Assembly: GCA_964513645.1 (NCBI GenBank)
Contig: CAZENF010000002.1
Coordinates: 8,090 to 72,089 of the forward strand
DNA from: an uncultured Candidatus Saccharibacteria bacterium
Lineage (GTDB): Bacteria; Patescibacteriota; Minisyncoccia; 2-02-FULL-40-12; GWA2-44-9
Direction: 5' to 3'
DNA: 64,000 nucleotides
Under the pieces are notes generated by a model. It was not told the origin of the DNA. It saw only the letters and a program-made list of their open reading frames with translations, and made no database searches. Below, piece by piece: positions 37,440 through 47,970 of this stretch. The position numbers and the translations under genes were made by a program. Within the stretch, counting starts at the first letter, position 1; each line of letters begins with the position of its first letter.

Positions 37440-37856
37440 CTAAAAGTTGTGCAGGATGAGCTTAGAGATCTTTATTTTCCCTCTCTCAAGAACTTCCAAC
37501 CCTTCACCTGAACGGTAATTCGAAAAATAACAGACTTGAGACGCACCGGAATTAACGATCATCTTAGCACACATTTTACAAGGTGAACGGGTCACAAAAA
37601 TAACCTTGTCAGGATCATAGGTAGAGCATTTTATTAAAGCATTCAATTCGGCATGGATACAGCCGCATTTGCCTGGCTCCGAAGAATCACAAGCATTTGA
37701 AAAACCACGGGCATTGCCATTATAGCCGTATGAGTAAACTCTCTGAAAGTCACTCGAGGTAATTATACAACCGACCTTCAACCTCTCACAGGTACTCCTG
37801 GAGGATAAAAGCAGGGCAAATTTCATTAAAACTGATTCGATAGATTCCCTTTCCAT
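37440..37856 (-). CDS. dCMP deaminase
   Basis: RSTC.R.KVG, GYNG, HAELNA, SPCKMC. Confidence 0.92.
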   Translation of the reverse strand: MERESIESVLMKFALLLSSRSTCERLKVGCIITSSDFQRVYSYGYNGNARGFSNACDSSEPGKCGCIHAELNALIKCSTYDPDKVIFVTRSPCKMCAKMIVNSGASQVCYFSNYRSGEGLEVLERGKIKISKLILHNF

Positions 37857-37975
37857 AATCTAATCCTGGCCTGAATCATTAAAAAAGTCAAAAACGGCTT
37901 ATGGTCACTTTTAAAGGTATTTACAAAATATAAGTTTATGTTACAATGTCATAGTGACACTTGGGAGAGATTTTC

Positions 37976-38152
37976 ATGAACTACGTTGTTATTCGCCCAA
38001 ATGGATCCGAGCAAAAAAAGATTTGGTGGCCTATAGCCGTTTTTCCAACTTTAGCAGAGGTAATCGAAATCGCCCAGAAAGAATTCCCGGGAACCCCTCT
38101 CGACAAGCTGAGAATTACTGAAGCCGTAACTCTCGAACAAAAGTCGCTATAA
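37976..38152 (+). CDS. Small hypothetical protein
   Basis: GGGAG before ATG; terminator downstream. Confidence 0.45.
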   Translation: MNYVVIRPNGSEQKKIWWPIAVFPTLAEVIEIAQKEFPGTPLDKLRITEAVTLEQKSL

Positions 38153-38168
38153 CCACAACTGACACTAC

Positions 38169-38195
38169 AAGCACGGTATAAAACTGTGCTTTTTT
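38169..38195. terminator. Bidirectional terminator next to the duplicated rplK end
   Basis: aagcacggt-ataaa-actgtgctttttt. Confidence 0.7.
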
Positions 38196-38237
38196 ATTTA
38201 ACTTCAACCCCCATTGAGCGAGCAGTACCTTCGACGA
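38194..38237 (-). repeat. Displaced duplicate of the rplK 3' end (att-like)
   Basis: 38209-38237 identical to 38817-38845 (29 bp); encodes [13 protein letters not shown]-stop. Confidence 0.9.
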
Positions 38238-38359
38238 AAACCCAAGAAAACTACAAAAACACTGTTTTCTGTCTTTGTATAATATTGCCGTGGATTAAAA
38301 TAAGGTCAACAAAAAAGTGCGAGATTATCGCACTAATAATTATTTCCAAACTTTATAAA

Positions 38360-38707
38360 TTACCAAGCTCCACCTTCACAAAAAGTGTCTTCATATCTGT
38401 GATAACCGCCTTTACTATTTTGCGTTTTTATTTTTTTAAGTTCTTCTATCTTATCTGGGGTTAATCCACTATTTAGAATGATTTTTAAACTATTCCTACT
38501 AATGTCAAAGACGGATCGATCTATGCACATTTTTTGACCAAAATATGAAAGACCGTGTCTATCAAAATTATAACTGTATCCGTCCGGCCAAGGAATCACG
38601 ACAATAACTCCTGGGATGAGAATTTGTTTAACTTTTCGCTTGAAATAACATGCAGTTTCACCATCAGGGTGTACAATATAAAATGTAGCCCTGATTTTAC
38701 CAAACAT
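38360..38707 (-). CDS. Hypothetical cargo gene of the rplK mini-island
   Basis: AAGGAG before ATG 38707; own promoter-like TTGACA and TAGTAT upstream. Confidence 0.6.
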   Translation of the reverse strand: MFGKIRATFYIVHPDGETACYFKRKVKQILIPGVIVVIPWPDGYSYNFDRHGLSYFGQKMCIDRSVFDISRNSLKIILNSGLTPDKIEELKKIKTQNSKGGYHRYEDTFCEGGAW

Positions 38708-38801
38708 GCCACTTCTCCTTGTTAATGAACGTGTTCTATATACTAACAAAGCATTTGACTAAATGTCAAGTGCTTTGTGTTTGAGATTATTTATCTTACT
38801 T

Positions 38802-39221
38802 TTACTTCACCTCAATCCCCATTGAGCGAGCAGTACCTTCGACGATCTTCATCGCCGCATCGACATCATTCGCATTCAAATCATTCATTTTCTTTTCGGC
38901 TATTTCTTTGACCTGGGCCTTAGTAACTTTGCCGACTTTGTCCTTATTAGGCGTTCCGGAACCCTTGTCTATTCCGGCGGCCTTGCGGAGCAAGAATGCG
39001 GCCGGAGGAGTTTTAAGTTTGAACTCAAAAGTCCTGTCTTCATAGATAGTTATTTCCACCGGCATGACTTCGCCGATATTGTTCTTGGTCGCCTCATTCA
39101 CCTGTTGCATGAACTGCTGAAGGTTTATTCCTTGAGGACCCAAAGCCTGACCGATCTTAGCCGGTTCAAGCGCTCCGCCGGTTACTTGAATTTTTACTTG
39201 TGTTTTTATTTTTTTTGCCAT
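38802..39221 (-). CDS. rplK: 50S ribosomal protein L11
   Basis: [23 protein letters not shown]. Confidence 0.96.
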   Translation of the reverse strand: MAKKIKTQVKIQVTGGALEPAKIGQALGPQGINLQQFMQQVNEATKNNIGEVMPVEITIYEDRTFEFKLKTPPAAFLLRKAAGIDKGSGTPNKDKVGKVTKAQVKEIAEKKMNDLNANDVDAAMKIVEGTARSMGIEVK

Positions 39222-39296
39222 TTTTGTCTATAAGCGTAGCGAATAGCTACAAAAATGAGCACCTCGCCGAAGCCATAGCGAAGGCGGGTAGCCCAA
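39219..39296 (-). promoter_or_regulatory. Structured rplK leader shared with rpmF
   Basis: tgggctacccgcc...ggcgaggtgctcatttttgtagctattcgctacgcttatagacaaaaATG. Confidence 0.6.
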
Positions 39297-39305
39297 ATAT
39301 TATCT

Positions 39306-39851
39306 CTATAGTTTTTTGATCTGCAAGAAATCCAGTTCAACCGGTGTTTCCCGGCCGAATATCGTCACCAATACCTTAACCCTTCCCCGTTCCATGTCAA
39401 TCTCGGAAACTTTGCCATCGAAATCCTTGAACGGGCCGTCGTTGATCTTAACCCTGTCTCCAACCTGAACATCTATCTTGTATTTAGGTTCTTCCACGCC
39501 CATCCTCTTCATCAAGCCGTCAACTTCGGTTGAGGCCAAAGGAGTAGGGATGGTTCCAGCGCCGATAAAACCTGTGACGTTAGGAGTATTTCTGACGACA
39601 TACCAAGATGCATCGTCGACTATCATTTCAACCAGAACATATCCGGGGTATATCTTCTCTTCTATGATCTCCCTTTTGCCACCTTTTATCTTTATCTTTT
39701 TCTCTTTGGGAACGATGACACTGAAGATGCGGTCCTCAAAACCAAGTGAATCAACACGCTGTTTAAGGTTCCTGGCAACGGTATCCTCGTACCCAGAATA
39801 GGTATGGATGGCGTACCAATGGCGTTCTCCGGTTGCAACTTGTTTAGGCAT
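39306..39851 (-). CDS. nusG: Transcription factor NusG
   Basis: WYAIHTYSGYE, YPGYVLVEM, KOW domain, IFGRETPVEL. Confidence 0.97.
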   Translation of the reverse strand: MPKQVATGERHWYAIHTYSGYEDTVARNLKQRVDSLGFEDRIFSVIVPKEKKIKIKGGKREIIEEKIYPGYVLVEMIVDDASWYVVRNTPNVTGFIGAGTIPTPLASTEVDGLMKRMGVEEPKYKIDVQVGDRVKINDGPFKDFDGKVSEIDMERGRVKVLVTIFGRETPVELDFLQIKKL

Positions 39852-39852
39852 G

Positions 39853-40041
39853 CTATTGTTTCAAAATTAATTTATTCAAAGCAAGCTGAAGAAGATAATC
39901 TACTCCGCCCAAAAACAGAGCCACAAAAAGACTTAAACCTATGACAACAAATGTATATTGTACGGTCTGTTCCCTGGTCGGCCAGGTAACCTTTGAAAGC
40001 TCGATTCTGACGTCTTTTAAGAATTCGACTAATTTATTCAT
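39853..40041 (-). CDS. secE: Preprotein translocase SecE
   Basis: ELSKVTWPT; upstream of nusG. Confidence 0.93.
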   Translation of the reverse strand: MNKLVEFLKDVRIELSKVTWPTREQTVQYTFVVIGLSLFVALFLGGVDYLLQLALNKLILKQ

Positions 40042-40116
40042 AATTTTTCGATTTTAAAACGCCCCTCGGCGTATTAACCTACATAATACTCCCCTTGAAT
40101 TAATAAGTCAATTGTA

Positions 40117-42261
<2,145 letters not shown>

Positions 42262-42273
42262 TTATTTCAAACG

Positions 42274-42341
42274 ATTATCCCGCGTTCTGGAGAGGTTTTT
42301 GGCCCTGCATTACTTGGCCAATATCTCCACGGCGGGATAAT
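42274..42341. repeat. Hairpin in the gyrB leader
   Basis: attatcccgc/gcgggataat, tggaga/tctcca, tggcc/ggcca. Confidence 0.65.
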
Positions 42342-42431
42342 ACTTTATAACTAAATTCTATCATTTTTACATCTAAAAATCAACCCCAAAATGTGGCTAA
42401 TTTTCCAACAAAAAACGCCCGTTTAAAGGCG

Positions 42432-42713
42432 CTATTTGAACATTAAATGGAAGTTAAATACCAAGGTTCCAACAATAATACCAATTACATAATAGACCAA
42501 TGAACCGGCAATAAACACACCCGACAGACTACCTTCACCCACATTCAATATAATCCACCATATTAGGGCTGCTCCGACTATAAAGACAAATAAACCAAAG
42601 AATGTCAGATAAGCGGCGGTGAATATCCCGGCAAGTATCAAAAGGATGGCCAAGAGAGCTAATAATGGCCTGCCTTCGTTGTGCTCGAGAAGTTGTTCAA
42701 GAAATTCTTCCAA
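42432..42713 (-). CDS. Small membrane protein
   Basis: Hydrophobic; own TTGACA/TAGTAT promoter, GGAG and terminator. Confidence 0.55.
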   Translation of the reverse strand: MEEFLEQLLEHNEGRPLLALLAILLILAGIFTAAYLTFFGLFVFIVGAALIWWIILNVGEGSLSGVFIAGSLVYYVIGIIVGTLVFNFHLMFK

Positions 42714-42813
42714 AATTTACTCCGATCTCAAAAAGCTGTTGAAGAATATACTAAAATATTTACCGGATGTCAAGCTATGGGTAAATTAAAAATGCCCGTA
42801 TTGGGCATTTGAT

Positions 42814-43164
42814 TCAGTTACTCTTCCTGTCTTTGGGATACAATATCGTCTCTCCTTTCAGAGCCCATCCCCCTTCGAGAGAATTATGGTCAATATCGAC
42901 CTCATAGTGTGTTTGGTCATTCTCAAAGATAAAACGGTGAGATATCTCATTTTTCTCCGAATCTTCAAACGAACTTTTTTGGATAAGATCTTTAAGTTCG
43001 AGGGTCCGGCCTTCTATGTTCTCCACAAAAACCAGAGGGATTTTTGCTCCACCGCAGACAATCACATCGTTTCCGGTAACGATAGGTTCCTGGCGTAAAA
43101 ATAATGTCATTTTCTTTTCGTAAAATATCATCCTGGCCGATTCAATGATCATTATCGGTACCAA
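42814..43164 (-). CDS. Hypothetical protein
   Basis: ORF ending near a terminator hairpin at about 42789-42810. Confidence 0.5.
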   Translation of the reverse strand: MVPIMIIESARMIFYEKKMTLFLRQEPIVTGNDVIVCGGAKIPLVFVENIEGRTLELKDLIQKSSFEDSEKNEISHRFIFENDQTHYEVDIDHNSLEGGWALKGETILYPKDRKSN

Positions 43165-43210
43165 TTTTCAAGTTACTCCGTAATCATATTCCCAATAACG
43201 GAGGCAGCTG

Positions 43211-44341
43211 TCAACGCAATTCAGCTTTGAATTGCAGAGCAGTTTCGTCGTAGATTTTTTTCTGGACAGGTTCGATTTCTTCCGTAGTCAGAGTTCTTTC
43301 GGGAGAACGGTAAACTATCCGGTATGTGTAGCTCATCTTATCCGGGCCGAATTTTTTGGCATTTTCATATTTATCCAAAAGCTCTACCTGCTCAATCAGC
43401 TCCCCCCCCAGATCACGGATAAGATCAAAATAGTTGTTGGGTATGAAATCTTTATTTACCACAAAAGAAATATCTCTCGTTATCGGCGGATATTTGGAAA
43501 CTTCTTTGAATTTATTTCCCAGTTTAAGTTGTTTTATGACCCGTGGATCTTTGGACCAGAGCAAACGTATGTCCGGAAGCTCCATTGAAGCGATGGCCAG
43601 ACGCTCGAGACCAAAACCGAAAGCCCAGCCGTTATAGCCCTTGAGTCCCATATTCTCTAAAACAGATTTACGGACCAGGCCTGAACCGAGCATTTCTATC
43701 CATTGACCATTGATCTCCGCTTCCATTTCGAAACTCGGATCGGTGTAAGGAAAATTGTGATCATAGAACCTGAAATTAGCTTTAAAAACGTTGGTCGCGA
43801 TATCAGATAAAGCATTTTTAAGATCGGCAGCGGTTATTATTTTTTTCTCATCCGGCGCTATTAGCCAAGCTCCGAACTGATGAAAAACATTCATATGCCG
43901 GCGATCGATCTCGTCCTTACGATAAACTTTACCGTAACAGATCGCGCCTAAAGTTTCCTTGTTCTCGATTCTTTTTTTAATTTCCGGATGGTTCAGATAA
44001 TAGTACCAGAACACTGTGTCGTGTGTTCTTAAAACATGAGTATCGTCAAGATAATAAGTATCGGACTTAGATCGGGCCGGATGCTCCGGTGGCATATTAA
44101 AAAGGTCGAACAAGATATTGGTCGGCACTATTTCCGGTACCTGAATGACATCAAATCCTTTAAGGCTTTTTACGCTCGAAGCTCGAAAGACTATTTCCTT
44201 AAGAGGGCTGCCCTCGGTCCGAGACAAATCCGGCATGGTCAAAAAACGTTTTATTCTCTCGGAGTCAGGGTCGGTTTTTTTATTTAAAACCTTGAGAAGC
44301 TCCTCAGAATCTTTATCCATTTTTACCTCGAGATATTTCAT
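43211..44341 (-). CDS. pheS: Single-chain (organellar-type) phenylalanine--tRNA ligase
   Basis: HPARSKSDTYY, VYRKDEID..H, FPYTDPSFEME, GWAFGFGLERLA, C-terminal SKYPP..RDISF FDX-ACB domain. Confidence 0.9.
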   Translation of the reverse strand: MKYLEVKMDKDSEELLKVLNKKTDPDSERIKRFLTMPDLSRTEGSPLKEIVFRASSVKSLKGFDVIQVPEIVPTNILFDLFNMPPEHPARSKSDTYYLDDTHVLRTHDTVFWYYYLNHPEIKKRIENKETLGAICYGKVYRKDEIDRRHMNVFHQFGAWLIAPDEKKIITAADLKNALSDIATNVFKANFRFYDHNFPYTDPSFEMEAEINGQWIEMLGSGLVRKSVLENMGLKGYNGWAFGFGLERLAIASMELPDIRLLWSKDPRVIKQLKLGNKFKEVSKYPPITRDISFVVNKDFIPNNYFDLIRDLGGELIEQVELLDKYENAKKFGPDKMSYTYRIVYRSPERTLTTEEIEPVQKKIYDETALQFKAELR

Positions 44342-44354
44342 AGATAATTTTTTA

Positions 44355-44732
44355 TCACATATCCCTCTCTGAATCAACGGAGATTTTTGAATACATATAG
44401 ATCCAAAATTCAGCCAGCATGGTCAGAATTATCGCCGCAAAACCTGTATACCAATGAAGGATTCCGTATTTTTTAAAAAAAACAATTATCAAAGCCAGGA
44501 GCGCGACAAAAAATCCTCTTCTCAATGCATCCGAGGTCCGGTCATGAGAAAAAAGATTGAGGATGAAAAAAACTATCGCTCCACAGCCCCATAAAAAAGC
44601 AGATAACGAGGCAAAGAAAAGTAGCTTAACTGTTCCAGTTGCAGTGAACGGGTCAAAAGTGACCGAAACTATCCCAAGACTTATTGCCGCCAAGGCAGTC
44701 AAGGGAATTAATCCAAAGAACAGCTTATTCAT
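44355..44732 (-). CDS. Membrane hypothetical protein
   Basis: Four TM helices; DP and RRG motifs. Confidence 0.65.
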   Translation of the reverse strand: MNKLFFGLIPLTALAAISLGIVSVTFDPFTATGTVKLLFFASLSAFLWGCGAIVFFILNLFSHDRTSDALRRGFFVALLALIIVFFKKYGILHWYTGFAAIILTMLAEFWIYMYSKISVDSERDM

Positions 44733-45229
44733 GTCCTGTGTTGTAATTCATATATCATCAATTTTATCTTGTTCGGGTCAGGCATATCCCGGATAATGAA
44801 CTCTTCATCCGTTCCTGCTGACTGGATCTGGATAGAACCGAAGTTCAAGACAGTTCTGATGATGCCGTTAATCGTAATGGTTATATCCTGGACCTTATCG
44901 ATGCTCAAGGTCGAGACCTCTCTCCTAAAAAAACCATTTTGTTTGATATCGATTATCCTTCTGTCGGTAATGACCAGAACATCCAGATAGTAATTGGTCC
45001 AAACGGAAAAGAACATCATCCAGGCGATAAGAAGTATCAGCGAATAAACGCCACTAAACAGGGCGGTATTATTGCCAGGTATATTTACTTCCATCTTAAG
45101 AATGGCAAAGAGAAGCGGAGGTAGAATAACGAAAAAAATAAGAAAAAGACTGTGAAAAACCAGGCTAAGTTTGTAACGCCTGACTTTTAAATATACCTTT
45201 TCCGCCGGTTCGAGGTCGAGCATTGTCAT
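44729..45229 (-). CDS. Bacterial PH-domain membrane protein
   Basis: ITDRRIIDI.Q.GFF.R, VQDIT, NFGSIQIQSAG. Confidence 0.8.
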   Translation of the reverse strand: MTMLDLEPAEKVYLKVRRYKLSLVFHSLFLIFFVILPPLLFAILKMEVNIPGNNTALFSGVYSLILLIAWMMFFSVWTNYYLDVLVITDRRIIDIKQNGFFRREVSTLSIDKVQDITITINGIIRTVLNFGSIQIQSAGTDEEFIIRDMPDPNKIKLMIYELQHRT

Positions 45230-45395
45230 CGAGGGGCCACAATCATTTCAGATGAATCCTAATAAAGAAGTCCCTGTCGGATTAGCTTCCGAGAGATTTG
45301 CTTCTTTATTAGGATTCATCGATAACAGATTATCGGCCGATCGCTTTAGCGGTCGTAGCCGATAGATTATCTGTTAGAAATGACTGGGGTCGATG
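45227..45395. repeat. Branched palindromic intergenic element
   Basis: catcga/tcgatg ends, tcatttc/gaaatga, 20-bp arm gatgaatcctaataaagaag/cttctttattaggattcatc, second arm taacagat/atctgtta. Confidence 0.85.
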
Positions 45396-45683
45396 TTAAA
45401 CCGAATTTAAATAAAAAACCGCTGACATAACCATCATTACCCACAAAACAGCCGAGACACAATAATATATCAGCGAAGCTTTAGCCATTATAAAATCATC
45501 GACACCGAATCTCCGCCAATGATATGAAAATATATAGCTCATTATCCCGAAAAATAAACCAAAAATACCGATAAAAACCCAGGACAACTGGGGTGTTATA
45601 AACGAAAAATAGCCGCTTAAATTAACCGCCGGAATGAACTGGTTATAATTAACCTGTGGTTGGGTTAAAGGAAGCTGGGTCAT
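45396..45683 (-). CDS. Small membrane protein
   Basis: Two TM helices around YHW..FG. Confidence 0.65.
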   Translation of the reverse strand: MTQLPLTQPQVNYNQFIPAVNLSGYFSFITPQLSWVFIGIFGLFFGIMSYIFSYHWRRFGVDDFIMAKASLIYYCVSAVLWVMMVMSAVFYLNSV

Positions 45684-45691
45684 ATAAATTG

Positions 45692-45765
45692 CGCGGGCGA
45701 CGGGACTCGAACCCGCGACCTCTGCCGTGACAGGGCAGCGCTCTAACCAATTGAGCTACGCCCGC
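45692..45765 (-). tRNA. tRNA-Asp (GTC)
   Basis: GCGGGCG/CGCCCGC acceptor, CTGCC-CT-GTC-AC-GGCAG anticodon arm, GGTTCGAG; no encoded CCA. Confidence 0.95.
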
Positions 45766-45886
45766 CTGCGCCAGCCACGGCTGGCTACGGCGGATAGGCC
45801 CGTAAGACAGCAGAGACTGATTATCCAATATTAACCTTGAAATTCTAACACATTTTCCTTTAAATTAAAACCCCGCCTAAGCGGGG

Positions 45887-47353
45887 CTATCTGTCCCAAG
45901 ATTCCTTTTTTGAGCTCTCGGACAATTTTTTAAGGAAATACGAGGGAGCTGTCATAAATATCCTTTTGGCATCTTCAAGATTCATGGATCCCATATAGCT
46001 GACCATTGAGGCGAGATGTCCTGCGATATCCCGCAATATCGGAACGGCCGAACCGCGGTATTCTACCTGCTTCTCTATTCCCTCCGGACTTAGCCGGGAG
46101 GTTGTTTCATACGGATCGTCGGCCTCTTCCGCTCTTAACCTTTCATACATAGCTTCCCGCGAAGCCATGCCCCTGAAACTTTTAACTTTATTCCCGCGAG
46201 AATTTCTGAAAACAAGTCCAGGTGTTTCATCAGTCCCGGCAAGCATCCCGCCGAGCATTACCGAATCACCGCCCAGAATAAGAGCCAGGCCGATGTGGCC
46301 GTCCCTTTTTATACCACCGTCGGCACAAACCGGGATATCAGAAACAACCGAACATGAATAGACCGCCTCGGCTTGGGTCACACCGACATTGGTGTTAAAC
46401 CTCGTAGTACAGGCCGAACCGGGACCCAAACCAATTTTTACACCCGCAACTCCCATCTCCTGATATAGCTTAGCGGCCATAGGTAAAACAATATTCCCGA
46501 CGACCAGATCAACCTTATTCCCTGAAAAGGTGTTTAAAAACGCCTCGGCGGCATGTTTACCGACATCAGATTGAAAATTGGCAATATCCATGACTATCAC
46601 ATCGACACCCGATTTGATAAGTTCAGACGACCTTTCAATATAATCACCAGTGGCACCAACAGCCGCTCCGACCATCAACTGACCATTCTCATCCTTGTTC
46701 GCCAGAGGAAATTTCTCGAGATTATCGATATCAACTGAAGCTATAAGGCCCCGTAATGTGAAGTTATCGTCGACTAATGGCAGTTTCTCAATGCGATTAG
46801 CGTCCATAAGATTTCTGGCTAAATTCCGAGATATCTCCGATAACTTGGCGGTTATCAAATTTTCCCCGGCAGTCATTCTGTTTTCAACTACAGTATCGTC
46901 GGGACAATATCTTACATCCCGGCTTGTCAGCATCCCGACGAGCCGCCCGTTCTGGTCAACAACAACCAGACCACCGACTTTGTTTTTGTCCATTATATTC
47001 CTGGCCTCACCTATTGTAGACTTAGGCGAAATACTATAAGGATTCTCGATAATGAAATTTTCTTCTCTTTTAACTTCTTTGACCTTCAAACATTGATCCT
47101 CGATACTTAAGTAACGGTGAATAATGCCAAGACCGCCTTCTTTAGCAACGGCAACGGCCATGCGAGCACCAGTAATGGTGTCCATGTTCGCAGACACAAT
47201 CGGCAGATTTAGCTTAATATTTTTGGAGAAATTCGAAACCAGAGAAATGTCTTTACGGCTCTTGGCAGTGCCCCAACCTGGTTTTATAAGAAAATCGTCA
47301 AAAGTGCACCCGGCCAGAACGTTTGCCAGCCATTGGCGCTCTAAGCTTCTCAT
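45887..47353 (-). CDS. IMPDH/GMP reductase family protein with CBS pair (GMPR-like)
   Basis: SANMDT, GPGSACTTR, ADGGI, RGMAS. Confidence 0.85.
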   Translation of the reverse strand: MRSLERQWLANVLAGCTFDDFLIKPGWGTAKSRKDISLVSNFSKNIKLNLPIVSANMDTITGARMAVAVAKEGGLGIIHRYLSIEDQCLKVKEVKREENFIIENPYSISPKSTIGEARNIMDKNKVGGLVVVDQNGRLVGMLTSRDVRYCPDDTVVENRMTAGENLITAKLSEISRNLARNLMDANRIEKLPLVDDNFTLRGLIASVDIDNLEKFPLANKDENGQLMVGAAVGATGDYIERSSELIKSGVDVIVMDIANFQSDVGKHAAEAFLNTFSGNKVDLVVGNIVLPMAAKLYQEMGVAGVKIGLGPGSACTTRFNTNVGVTQAEAVYSCSVVSDIPVCADGGIKRDGHIGLALILGGDSVMLGGMLAGTDETPGLVFRNSRGNKVKSFRGMASREAMYERLRAEEADDPYETTSRLSPEGIEKQVEYRGSAVPILRDIAGHLASMVSYMGSMNLEDAKRIFMTAPSYFLKKLSESSKKESWDR

Positions 47354-47419
47354 ATCTTCCCTTTTTAAAGGTACTTAACGGATAATTAATATCAAAAAAA
47401 ACCGCTTTTGGGAAGCGGT

Positions 47420-47884
47420 TTAATCTTTGTCTAACTCCGGGTGCCAGAGAATCTTTTCAATTTTGCGGGTATTATCGTATGTGTAATCATGTTCAACGGG
47501 TACGCCTTCATTGAATGAGCTGTTACTGACGGCCTTATTGTTGCCGATATAAAATCCGATGTGGCTATGTTCTACTCCATCGCCAAAATCTTTTTTTTCC
47601 CAAACAAGAACTGCTCCCGGCTGGAAATTGGTTGTTTCCGACCAACCAGAACTCAAAAGATCCTCAACTGTTCTTTCTACTGTTGCATGGATGTCTGAAA
47701 TGAGCTTGTTAATATACAAGATCGATGACACGAATACGGCGCAGCTTAAGCGGCCGTTATCGAGGATATCTTTCTCAACACCGTCAGATTCAACATACAA
47801 ATTCCGGAACATCATATTCCGCGGTTGAACTGAATTACCTATCATGGTCAGATAGTTTTTCTTTTGAAGTAACCTCAACGGCAT
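47420..47884 (-). CDS. NlpC/P60-like cysteine hydrolase
   Basis: LSCAVFVS ... PGAVLVW ... HIGFY. Confidence 0.6.
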   Translation of the reverse strand: MPLRLLQKKNYLTMIGNSVQPRNMMFRNLYVESDGVEKDILDNGRLSCAVFVSSILYINKLISDIHATVERTVEDLLSSGWSETTNFQPGAVLVWEKKDFGDGVEHSHIGFYIGNNKAVSNSSFNEGVPVEHDYTYDNTRKIEKILWHPELDKD

Positions 47885-47923
47885 GGTTTTTATTTTAAAA
47901 AATCTTTTGTCAGTTTACCAAAT

Positions 47924-47959
47924 AAAACCACCTCTTTGCAATAAGCAAAGAGGTGGTTT
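47924..47959. terminator. Terminator after the large adhesin gene
   Basis: aaaccacctctttgc-aataa-gcaaagaggtggttt. Confidence 0.8.
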
Positions 47960-47970
47960 TAATATTTACT

